From a virus (Duplodnaviria > Heunggongvirae > Uroviricota > Caudoviricetes), in the IMG/VR virus record IMGVR_UViG_3300045972_000219: a stretch of DNA of 43,491 nucleotides; one strand, written 5' to 3'. The notes under the pieces were generated by a model, which worked only from the letters and a program-made list of their open reading frames with translations, made no database searches and had not been told where the DNA came from. The translations under genes and the position numbers were made by a program. This document shows, in pieces, positions 19,508 through 28,324 of this stretch; within the stretch, counting starts at the first letter, position 1, and each line of letters starts with the position of its first letter.

Positions 19508-19732
19508 TTAGTTATGTGTAGTTTTTTCACCTGCAGCTTTAGACATGTTAGACTGAGCTTCATCTCTCTTTTTTTCATGTTCAGCTTTTTTTGCTGGATC
19601 TTTTTCAGTACGAGCTAAATCACGATATTTCTGAAAGTCTTCACGATGTCTTTTAATTTCATCAAGAGCCATTTCAGTAACTAGTTCAGTATGCTGTAAA
19701 CCATTTTCTTTTAAGAATGATTCTATACTCAT
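19508..19732 (-). CDS. small hypothetical protein, possibly virion
   Basis: GGAG RBS before ATG 19732. Confidence 0.65.
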   Translation of the reverse strand: MSIESFLKENGLQHTELVTEMALDEIKRHREDFQKYRDLARTEKDPAKKAEHEKKRDEAQSNMSKAAGEKTTHN

Positions 19733-19756
19733 AAATATCTCCATTTTTTTTTTGAT

Positions 19757-19792
19757 TTAGAGCTGAATCCTGATTAAAGGATTCAGCTCTAA
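19757..19792 (-). terminator. hairpin after the HeH-domain gene
   Basis: ttagagctgaatcct-gattaa-aggattcagctctaa. Confidence 0.7.
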
Positions 19793-19794
19793 TA

Positions 19795-20205
19795 TTATTT
19801 AGCGAGAGCTGCCTTTAGTAACTCAATAAGAGTAGCTTTATTGGCATTAGCTGTAAACTCAACATCTAATTCAGTAAGAGCAGCTTTAAGTTCTTTGTTA
19901 GTCATGTTTTCAACATCAACTTCATTTTCGTCTTCAAGCTCTTCAGCATCATCCTCAAGATCTTCAACAGCTTCCTTAACTTCAGCAACCTGCTCTTTAA
20001 TCTTGTCAGCTTTTTTATCTTTCTCAATAACAGCTGCAACAACTTCAGTCCTGATTGCACTATCTTCAACTACATGAACCGAATATCCCTGAGCTTTAAG
20101 GCTAAGAAATACTGATTCTTCTACTGCAATAGGGTTAGTGATTGGACCGCTGCCGATAAATGGAATAGCTCCACCGTTTTTACAAGTAATTTTTACCAAA
20201 GCCAT
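19795..20205 (-). CDS. protein with a C-terminal HeH/LEM-like domain
   Basis: VENMTNKELKAALTELDVEFTANANKATLIELL. Confidence 0.7.
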   Translation of the reverse strand: MALVKITCKNGGAIPFIGSGPITNPIAVEESVFLSLKAQGYSVHVVEDSAIRTEVVAAVIEKDKKADKIKEQVAEVKEAVEDLEDDAEELEDENEVDVENMTNKELKAALTELDVEFTANANKATLIELLKAALAK

Positions 20206-20229
20206 GATTGTTCTCCTATCTTTTTTTTT

Positions 20230-20694
20230 TTATAGTAGATCTATTAGATCGTCAATATTGATATCATCAAGGTCTTCATCAGTTTCGTCAGTTGGCAGTT
20301 CGCCTTCAATATCAAATGACTCATCATTATTGGTAAGTTCTGACTCATCAGATGCACCATAATCCATATCACTTAGATCATCAACATACTCATCTGCAAC
20401 ATCCATTTCAGATTCATCTATGTCTGAGTTAGTCAAAAGATCATCATCTTCATCCATCTCATCTAGTTCATCTTCCATTTCTTCAGATACCCCACCTTCC
20501 TCCATGAATACTGTAGCAAATTCTATACCATCTAGTTTACTACGCTCATGAGCAATGTACAACTCTTCCATTTCATTTTTGAGATCTTCGGAATCACTAT
20601 CTTCCTCTATATCTCCAACAATTTCACTTTCAATAAGGACATCATCTTTTGCATTCTTTCTTTCTTCTAATGCTTCATGTAATTTTGTAAACAT
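20230..20694 (-). CDS. highly acidic protein, possibly scaffold/internal
   Basis: Extremely D/E-rich; structural gene context. Confidence 0.7.
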   Translation of the reverse strand: MFTKLHEALEERKNAKDDVLIESEIVGDIEEDSDSEDLKNEMEELYIAHERSKLDGIEFATVFMEEGGVSEEMEDELDEMDEDDDLLTNSDIDESEMDVADEYVDDLSDMDYGASDESELTNNDESFDIEGELPTDETDEDLDDINIDDLIDLL

Positions 20695-20715
20695 AGGATA
20701 TTCCCCACTATATTT

Positions 20716-21918
20716 TTAGTTGATAGATTCTTTTTTGAGCTTTTCAATAATCTGTTTTGAAATGTAGATGATGATTGGTCCATAAAAGAACCACTGAAAG
20801 CCTCTACTTGGTTGAACTTCAGTCAGAGTATCAAATATATTATCATTTGTATCATTAGATAAATATTCTTTGACTGCTTTCGCTTCAATACATGGTTGTG
20901 GAATACTATTATCAGTACAATCTAGATAAAGTTTGAGATTCACAAATGCAGGTATCTTTGAATTAATAGTATCTATTTCTGAATAATCCCAAGAAATATA
21001 GAATGGATCTCTCCAAAGATGAACATGTGACTCCGGATTCATACTTCCTATTGGTGAAGGAAATACATAATCATGTATGAGAGTTACAGATCGTTTCTGA
21101 ATAAATTTATATAGAGTTTTATTGAACATAACTTCTTCATATACTCTAGGTAATTCCAATGGAGTTATGAATACTTCATCTCTGTATCCACGTTCTCTAG
21201 TGAATAACTTAGCATCTCTTATGAAATATCCCATTCCATAATCATAGAAGAATCCATCATTCCATTCTATAACTGGAAGATCATATCTATTCTTCATAAA
21301 ACGCTTTATATATTCATCTTGGAATCTGTTAATCATTAGAATAAAATCAGTCATCAGTTCTGCATTAGACTTGGATAATACTCTAAAGTGTTCAGGAGCA
21401 GTGCCATCAGCTATAACTGAGAATTCTTTATTAGTCTGTAAGCCTAAATCATTAAGATCTATATCTGTAGTAAGATGAAACTGAAACTTACAGAATCGCT
21501 TACCATTAATAGACGAATATTCAACATTATTAACCCTGAAGAATGCGTCCGCACCATCATGGAATACAGTGAATATATCGTCTACTATAGGATTAATGAT
21601 ACCTGGTATCATTATTGCTTCAGCTTGAACGTCTGCTTCCTGACCAAATTGACCTATGTCTGTAGTTAAACTGATTTCAGAAGTAGACCATAGAGGAGTA
21701 TTTTCAATCCTATTATACTTGATAGGAGAATCAGCTCCAAATATATTTGCCACAGAGTTAAGTGAAGAGTTAGATGTAGACTCAAAATGATCTTTACTAT
21801 AATATGTAACGAATACAGGTGCATTCGCCATATAATTAGAGTAGTCTTCAAGCTGATGCTTCAAATAACTCTGTATAGCGGTGTGTGTAATCTCTTTATC
21901 AGATATTATGCGAGCCAT
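20716..21918 (-). CDS. putative virion structural protein (possibly head closure/neck)
   Basis: 400-aa ORF in the same run as the gp13-like gene; function inferred from context only. Confidence 0.55.
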   Translation of the reverse strand: MARIISDKEITHTAIQSYLKHQLEDYSNYMANAPVFVTYYSKDHFESTSNSSLNSVANIFGADSPIKYNRIENTPLWSTSEISLTTDIGQFGQEADVQAEAIMIPGIINPIVDDIFTVFHDGADAFFRVNNVEYSSINGKRFCKFQFHLTTDIDLNDLGLQTNKEFSVIADGTAPEHFRVLSKSNAELMTDFILMINRFQDEYIKRFMKNRYDLPVIEWNDGFFYDYGMGYFIRDAKLFTRERGYRDEVFITPLELPRVYEEVMFNKTLYKFIQKRSVTLIHDYVFPSPIGSMNPESHVHLWRDPFYISWDYSEIDTINSKIPAFVNLKLYLDCTDNSIPQPCIEAKAVKEYLSNDTNDNIFDTLTEVQPSRGFQWFFYGPIIIYISKQIIEKLKKESIN

Positions 21919-21920
21919 AA

Positions 21921-22025
21921 TTACTCCGTTTTCTTTTCTGTTTTACACCTATTACACTTTATACATGTATCACATTTATCCGTCCAGTTATCTAGATAAT
22001 AGCACCAGAATGAAGACTTAGCCAT
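21921..22025 (-). CDS. 34-aa Cys-rich peptide
   Basis: Read by hand: MAKSSFWCYYLDNWTDKCDTCIKCNRCKTEKKTE; AGGAG RBS. Confidence 0.55.
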   Translation of the reverse strand: MAKSSFWCYYLDNWTDKCDTCIKCNRCKTEKKTE

Positions 22026-22034
22026 TATATTCTC

Positions 22035-22370
22035 CTACTTAGTAAATGTGTATAAACTAATTACAGCTTCATTATTAACTGTTCTAGATGCTCCACCAGA
22101 TGCATCTAGTAGTGATGCTTTTTTATGAATGAGTTTCTCAGCTTCTTCATTAGCTTCCTGAGTATATAGTCCTTTAATAGATACCATATCACCGTCAAAA
22201 TCTCCACCCAATCCTTTAAGATACGCATTATTCGGTTTAATACTATCAACCCATTTAGTATTTTCACCTTCAAGTATAGGATAATCATTGAATTCACGAG
22301 TACCTATAACTTTATGCATACTTTTTTCTGTCACTAGAACTTTGACTTTAGTAATACATACGTTTCTATA
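22035..22370 (-). CDS. rpoC: RNAP beta' subunit exon 2 (catalytic GGDFDGD)
   Basis: YRNVCITKVKVL...LGGDFDGDMVS; in frame with exon 1 after splicing. Confidence 0.88.
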   Translation of the reverse strand, partial: YRNVCITKVKVLVTEKSMHKVIGTREFNDYPILEGENTKWVDSIKPNNAYLKGLGGDFDGDMVSIKGLYTQEANEEAEKLIHKKASLLDASGGASRTVNNEAVISLYTFTK

Positions 22371-23633
22371 CATTTATGTTCAATATAGATCGCAACTCTA
22401 TATTCGCAGCATTACCTGCAGCTCATACTTTCATATGAGATCAGACTATATCATCATCCTAGTTAAGGATGTTCTCCATTTCGACTACCATTTGCTTGTA
22501 GTCTACTCCCATAAGGGATAGTCGTTGAACATTATCTACTATCTTTGAAAGAATATTTAGATGATTATCTTTATAATCTATACGAAAGAGTATTAAATCG
22601 TCTCTAGATGCAGCATAATTATCTTTAATAAGATCTCTTTTTCTTGAAGTATTTAGTCCGGTAAGGTTACTTCCCCAACCTTTAAAATGCTGTTGACCAT
22701 CAAATTCCAGTAATATTTTTAATTCTGGAAGATAAAAGTCAAATCTAAGAGGTCTTATATGAATGCAATCTGGAAAGGTTTTTTCTTTTTCATATAGAAT
22801 ATTTTGATTAATTAAAAAATTTTCAATTTCTCTTACAGGTCTAGATTCAACTTGTTCACGAGCACACATTGGACAGTTTTGACCATTTAAAAAACTGTTT
22901 GGTGTCATTGTGAATTCTCGATTACATGTATGATGAATAATATTAATTTTATCTTTATATCCAGTATAAATTGATCTTAATGTATAATTACCATTAGATC
23001 TAAGATTAAAATCTTTAACAAAAGTATCATGATCTTTTTGTTTATAAGATGCCATTATCTTTTTTTTACATTCAGGGCATCTATCTCCACCTGGACCGAA
23101 GTCATTGGGAGCTGCATAAAACAAAGTTCCGCATACTTTATGTCTAATTTTAACTTTTTTCTTATTATTTATATATTCTGAACATAATTCATATTCATCA
23201 TTTGTTAAATCAGTAACTTCTTTAGAAAAAATTTCTGTCGTTTTTTTTATAAGTCCAGAACATTTTGGACATCTACGTTTTAAACTAAGAAATTTATTAG
23301 GAGATACGCTGTATATATGACCACATATATTATGTATAACCTTAATTTTTATACGTGTTCCAGCATATTTTTCTAAAAAAGTATATTCATTACCTGTAGA
23401 TTTTTTAATTTCATCTAAAAATTGTTTATTAGATTTTAACATAGAATAGTATCCTCTTGAGGAAATTTACTAATACTATGTTCATAGATCTTTGCTGCTG
23501 ATTGCCCAATCATTTACTTTTCAAACCTTCACGCTCACCATTACTGATCACGTTGTGGTGTAAATGCTCTAAGGGGTTTCCAGCAATTAGAAGAATTTGC
23601 AATTATGATTACTCATAAAGGGGACTAAAGTCA
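22371..23633 (-). mobile_element. group I intron (IA-type) in the RNAP beta' gene
   Basis: P1 GGAU/GUCC with U.G at the 5' splice site; core AATTGCTGGAAA, AATCAGCAG, GTTCAACGACTA, GATATAGTCT; terminal G at 22371. Confidence 0.9.
22459..23442 (-). CDS. intron-encoded homing endonuclease (3 zinc-ribbon repeats plus Vsr/PD-(D/E)XK-like domain)
   Basis: HxxC...CPxC three times; LRFDFYLP...LEFDGQQH; ORF end reads through the intron core (VQRL). Confidence 0.85.
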   Translation of the reverse strand: MLKSNKQFLDEIKKSTGNEYTFLEKYAGTRIKIKVIHNICGHIYSVSPNKFLSLKRRCPKCSGLIKKTTEIFSKEVTDLTNDEYELCSEYINNKKKVKIRHKVCGTLFYAAPNDFGPGGDRCPECKKKIMASYKQKDHDTFVKDFNLRSNGNYTLRSIYTGYKDKINIIHHTCNREFTMTPNSFLNGQNCPMCAREQVESRPVREIENFLINQNILYEKEKTFPDCIHIRPLRFDFYLPELKILLEFDGQQHFKGWGSNLTGLNTSRKRDLIKDNYAASRDDLILFRIDYKDNHLNILSKIVDNVQRLSLMGVDYKQMVVEMENILN

Positions 23634-24842
23634 ATCCTCAATAGGATAACGTGTTAGAAGAATATGCTTGGCAGTTACACCTTCCCCTACGGCAGCTTTA
23701 GCTAACATGTAAAATAAGTCAGTTATTGTTAGATCAAGTTTTACTATACCATTTTCAGATGGTGCAGAGATGTTTTCAAGCTTTCCGTTCTTATCTCTTA
23801 AGAATATTGGAAGAAGTCTTTTCTCTCTAGTACCAATAAACATCTTAACAAATTTCTTAATATTATCTGGACTGATAACTGTTTCTTTTTTGTCATCTTT
23901 CACTATTAAGTCATATCCCTGATAGAATGATGAGTAGTTAGTTAATTCATGCTGAATAAATGGAAAGAAACAAGTTAGTGTTACATGTAACGGTAATCCA
24001 GTATAACCATAAGGTACTGCCTGTTCATCATATCTATTTGCAGAAGATATATGTGTACATGATATAACTGCACGAGCAGTATAATCTATATTCTTAGCTA
24101 GAAGACTTCTATGAATCAGACCACGTTTACCTGCAATACCAGTAGTTCCCTTACGCTCAAGAGTACCATTTCTCATAGTTATACCCATAGTGAAATATGA
24201 ATATATATCAATTATGATTTCTTGTATTTTAGCTCTAGTTAAGTTACCTGTGAGTAGTAAGTCTGCAGACCTATCGAATATGGTAAGATGACTTATTAAT
24301 TTTGCATACATAGATGTAAGTACGTCAGTATTAATAGCCTTTCCTGCAGATGTATCTAAGTCTCTAAAATGAGGGGGTATTACCAGCCAATTAGTAATAA
24401 ATGCTTCATTTCTAGGAAAGTTAAGAATAAAGTCAAGTCTTTCCTGACGAGTATCAGATTCAGTTCCTTTAAACTTGATATTCTCCCAATTCCTATAAAG
24501 AAAATCAATACCAGTTCCACCCTCTTTACTTCCTTCCTCAACTTCCTCTAAAAATCCACCACGATTTAGTTTTACCCACTTCATACCACTAATTACTTTA
24601 CCTATAGAGCGATCCAGTTTAATTAATGAGTTATGAATAACTGGATGGATGAACGGAACATGTAAATCTATGTATGCAAATTGCGTTTTTCTTTGTTCTG
24701 AGCCAAGTCTACCAAAGATTGTGTAACTATACAACCCGTCATCCAGAGGTCTTCCATCTTTATCTAGAAAGAAGGGATTCTTAATTTCAGGTAGTTCATT
24801 GACTTTCACAATTTTAGCAATATCTGGTATATCTAATTTCAT
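23634..24842 (-). CDS. rpoC: RNAP beta' subunit exon 1 (likely virion RNAP)
   Basis: GLYSYTIFG, FAYIDL, VIPPHFRD, GKRGLIHRSLLAKNIDYTARAVI, TRYP; no zinc finger. Confidence 0.88.
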
Positions 24843-24859
24843 AAGAAATCTCCTTTCAC

Positions 24860-24871
24860 TAATTAAATGTT
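24860..24871 (-). promoter_or_regulatory. putative late promoter AACA-N6-TA
   Basis: AACATTTAATTA directly upstream of the AAGGAG RBS. Confidence 0.65.
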
Positions 24872-25085
24872 AACTCCGTATCTATCGTATATATATGTTC
24901 ATATTAATTTTATGTGAAGTAGTCAAATAGAAAAGGAGGTACGTCATGAAATGAAGAGATCTAGATGTATAACAAAATTTGATATACTTCCTCCAAGAAA
25001 GGAGTTATATCATGGACGCATTCTTCTTTGTGTGAGTAATGTATGATGATGAGAAATTAAAATTGAGAGTAGTTTAAAAGCGGAG

Positions 25086-25128
25086 GCAGAGATAACTCAA
25101 ACGAGTTATCTCTGCTTTATTTTTTTTT
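25086..25128 (+). terminator. intrinsic terminator
   Basis: gcagagataactc-aaac-gagttatctctgc with a T tract on the + strand. Confidence 0.85.
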
Positions 25129-25777
25129 AGAACTGACAAACCAGTTCATCTTCATGAAACACATTCTTTACTTTATACTTCCTTATAATAGGTTCATACT
25201 CTTCACAGAATTCAGTAGCAGATTCTAGTGATGCTTCAAATTGAACATCAGTCAATTCCTGTACTATTTTTCCATTCAGATACATATACCTACCAATGAT
25301 TACTAAATCTTTAGTTTCAAAAAAGGATATTCTGGCATCGTCAAAAGAGTATAGTTCCATAAGGTCAAAACTTCCAATATCTCCAATAACTTTACTTGGA
25401 CCAAGGAAGTAGTATAAGTCCTTATTAATTAATGAGCCATGTATCTCTTTCTTTACATAGTCTAGTGATGGACTACCATACAGTATTCCATCTACTAGGA
25501 ACATAGAAAAACGATCAAAATTCTTCTCTTGAAACTGATAGTAATTATCTTTAAGGGATTGAATTACTTTTTTAAAGTTATAGCTGTCTAGTTCAGTTTT
25601 AGTAACAACTTTAGAATATTCCAAAATCCATTCACTATTTATATCTGATTTTGAAAAGAATTCGATGTATATTACCTTCTGTACATTAACATGAACTTTA
25701 TGTATCTTCTCAGTGATTGTATATTTAAACAGCGGATAAAGATCAGGGCTGGAAAAGGTGGAACTTTTTAATCTCAT
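25127..25777 (-). CDS. hypothetical protein
   Basis: GAGG RBS; operon context. Confidence 0.75.
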   Translation of the reverse strand: MRLKSSTFSSPDLYPLFKYTITEKIHKVHVNVQKVIYIEFFSKSDINSEWILEYSKVVTKTELDSYNFKKVIQSLKDNYYQFQEKNFDRFSMFLVDGILYGSPSLDYVKKEIHGSLINKDLYYFLGPSKVIGDIGSFDLMELYSFDDARISFFETKDLVIIGRYMYLNGKIVQELTDVQFEASLESATEFCEEYEPIIRKYKVKNVFHEDELVCQF

Positions 25778-25785
25778 AGTAACCT

Positions 25786-26490
25786 CTATATGACATTCTC
25801 ATAGTATCCAAAACGTAGGAATTTGTTTTCAATTAATGCTTCTATTTCAGGAGTCAAAATATTATATCCTAGTTTTGGAAGAGTAAATTCTTTAGTTTCG
25901 GATCTAGTATTAGTAACAACATCAATAATATTATTCATTGAGTCATCAATAAACGATATATAGTCAATACCCATCTCATTAATTACACCTGATTTTTTAT
26001 TCCCTAGTGGAACTTTTACTAGTTCAAATTTTTTATGTCTTAAGTATCTTTCAACGAATAGTTCTTTACTAGAATTATCATTTAAAGTAACATGACTCAT
26101 AATCCATATCTTATTTATTGCAGGAGATTCAATAATATCCATAAGTCCAATAGCAAACGATGTAGGGTATAAACCATCATAAAATACATCTCCCTTGTCA
26201 TGATAAAGACTCTGAAAAAGTATATCATGTTCTTCATCTAGTTCTAACCATTTAGATAAGTAATATTCATTTCTAGCTAAAACTAAAGATGTAATATCAT
26301 ACTTAGCCATGAATTCTAATTTTTCAGTACCTAAGAATCTAGCTATCTTATCATTTAGAATTGCATGAGAAACCCAAGCAGGAGATATATTTACTAATAC
26401 CTCATCCATGTCACATACTATATCATACTTTCTGTATTGACCTAACTCTTGAAAATTTTGATATATACTCTTACCATTAAAAATATCCAT
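25786..26490 (-). CDS. HAD-superfamily 5'(3')-deoxyribonucleotidase-like protein
   Basis: DMDEVLV motif I, K motif III, FIDD motif IV. Confidence 0.7.
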   Translation of the reverse strand: MDIFNGKSIYQNFQELGQYRKYDIVCDMDEVLVNISPAWVSHAILNDKIARFLGTEKLEFMAKYDITSLVLARNEYYLSKWLELDEEHDILFQSLYHDKGDVFYDGLYPTSFAIGLMDIIESPAINKIWIMSHVTLNDNSSKELFVERYLRHKKFELVKVPLGNKKSGVINEMGIDYISFIDDSMNNIIDVVTNTRSETKEFTLPKLGYNILTPEIEALIENKFLRFGYYENVI

Positions 26491-26500
26491 ATATCACCTT

Positions 26501-26530
26501 AAAAAAAAAAGGGGGGATTTCTCCCCCCTT
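26501..26530 (-). terminator. intrinsic terminator
   Basis: G6/C6 stem with a T10 tract on the minus strand. Confidence 0.8.
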
Positions 26531-26541
26531 CTTAGATTGTA

Positions 26542-27273
26542 TTAAACACCGTCTTCTTCACCCTCAAATGACTCATCAAAGTAGTCTTCAGGACTTCCAC
26601 CTGCACGAGTCTTAGGTGTAGTACCATTGCCTACCTTACCAGTTCCAGAACCAAAGCGTCTTTTAGGTGGTTCATGCCCACCTTCTTCACGCTTCTTAAA
26701 AGGAGCATTATTTGTTGCCAGACGAACATTGTGCTCAATAGCACCAAGATAGTTCAGCTTGGCAGTGTTAATGAATTCTTTAAAGAGATCCCAATCAGGA
26801 CAAATTGTATCCTTTTTCTTCTTCTCTTTTTCATTTACATATTTTATACCAAGTAATACTTCAGTAGTAGCAAACTCAAACTGAATCATTTTATTTGACT
26901 CTTTATTGAGGATACTCATTGAGAGGTTATCGATACCTTCAAAGATACCACTGCCTGCAAGCGAGAATATACGCTTTTCACTTTCAACAGAACACTCATC
27001 AATCTCTTCACTTTCAAGAAGATCAATCTGAGCCTTTAGGATGCATATCTGCTTATAGTCAAACGTAATCATTTGACGAGCTTCATAGTTATACATCTTT
27101 TCACCCTTCTGAGGGTCTTTACCTTTCATATTATCATAGACAGGTGAAAAGGTAAGTGTAGCTTTCTTATCTACATATCCGAAAGTTACAGATGCATTAT
27201 TGTTATCATAAATGATAACTCCGTTAGTGAATATAGAAGCCCTTTGCGCTTGTTGTGGTTTTTCATCAGCCAT
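26542..27273 (-). CDS. putative single-stranded DNA-binding protein
   Basis: Beta-rich core, G-rich linker and acidic tail (EDYFDESFEGEEDGV); near the helicase; own terminator. Confidence 0.45.
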   Translation of the reverse strand: MADEKPQQAQRASIFTNGVIIYDNNNASVTFGYVDKKATLTFSPVYDNMKGKDPQKGEKMYNYEARQMITFDYKQICILKAQIDLLESEEIDECSVESEKRIFSLAGSGIFEGIDNLSMSILNKESNKMIQFEFATTEVLLGIKYVNEKEKKKKDTICPDWDLFKEFINTAKLNYLGAIEHNVRLATNNAPFKKREEGGHEPPKRRFGSGTGKVGNGTTPKTRAGGSPEDYFDESFEGEEDGV

Positions 27274-27314
27274 TGTTTCTCTCCTTTAGTGTCTTATTAA
27301 ATAATAGTTTACAA

Positions 27315-27689
27315 CTATTTTTGTTTTGAAAGTGGAACTAATTTAATTACCACTCCCATTCCCAATAATTCCGCCCACATCTGGTATGTCTTTACGGTAG
27401 CAGTTCTTCTTTTTGTTAGACCGTAATACATATTCCAACCTACACTACGACCTACTCGATCGTATATGGAATCTAAAGTAATCTTAGCATTATTCACTTC
27501 AAGTTTAATGCTCTCAACAATGAGGTCATCATCTTCATAGATATCAAATTCAATAACATCTGATGAACTATTTCTACCTGAAGTATTTTTCTTAAGACTT
27601 TTTTCTTCTTCGATTCCTTCTTTGCGTCTCTTATCAATATCATCTTTTGAGACGGTCTTCATCTTGTTTAACAACTTCGCATTAATCAT
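27315..27689 (-). CDS. hypothetical protein, possible HTH-like C-terminus
   Basis: GWNMYYGLTKRRTATVKTYQMWAELLG. Confidence 0.65.
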   Translation of the reverse strand: MINAKLLNKMKTVSKDDIDKRRKEGIEEEKSLKKNTSGRNSSSDVIEFDIYEDDDLIVESIKLEVNNAKITLDSIYDRVGRSVGWNMYYGLTKRRTATVKTYQMWAELLGMGVVIKLVPLSKQK

Positions 27690-28324
27690 TCACGCCCTCC
27701 CACTCTCCTAAGACTAGGGTTTGCCGTACGTCTATTTTCTTCAGTATTAACAAATGTTAGCATACTATTAGCTACAGAAGTTATATCAGTATGCCCAATA
27801 ACCCATGTAAGACCTTCAAATTGACTTTGTGTAAGGTCAACGACTATCTCTGGATTATTGAGCATTATCGATACACCCTTTTCACCATCAAAGGTATCAG
27901 GATAAACTATGATACTTTTATCACCACTAAGACCACCAACCTTAATACCCTTCTTTGGATAATCGATTGAATTAAACTGATAGCCTTTATCCTTAGTTTT
28001 AGTGAACATTCCAGGATATAGTTCTTTATCAAAGTATTGCATACACCTAGTAAATGCACTATGAATAAGACCTACATTTGAGTGATTTATATGGATTGTC
28101 TCAAATAAATCTTTAGTAGAATAATGAAATGCTAAATAGTCTTTAGTGGATATTTTTATTCTTCTTTTACCATTTTTCGTAGTCTCAGTAATAGGGTTAA
28201 TAGTCATATCATTCCATATGTATGGGCTACAGTATACAACTACTTGAACAACAAAATTTGGACAAGGTCTATACAGTTCTTTAGTAATTGCAGTAACATC
28301 ATCTAACATAAATCCACTCCTCAT
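27686..28324 (-). CDS. hypothetical protein
   Basis: ORF in operon; start may be the internal MLDD. Confidence 0.75.
   Translation of the reverse strand: MRSGFMLDDVTAITKELYRPCPNFVVQVVVYCSPYIWNDMTINPITETTKNGKRRIKISTKDYLAFHYSTKDLFETIHINHSNVGLIHSAFTRCMQYFDKELYPGMFTKTKDKGYQFNSIDYPKKGIKVGGLSGDKSIIVYPDTFDGEKGVSIMLNNPEIVVDLTQSQFEGLTWVIGHTDITSVANSMLTFVNTEENRRTANPSLRRVGGRE

Noticed and set aside
22035-22373. Independent 112-aa gene starting MYRNV
   Set aside because: The G of its ATG is the intron's terminal G and there is no RBS; it is exon 2
23631-23633. TGA readthrough or stop-codon recoding
   Set aside because: Explained by the intron; TAA, TAG and TGA all end genes normally with high coding density
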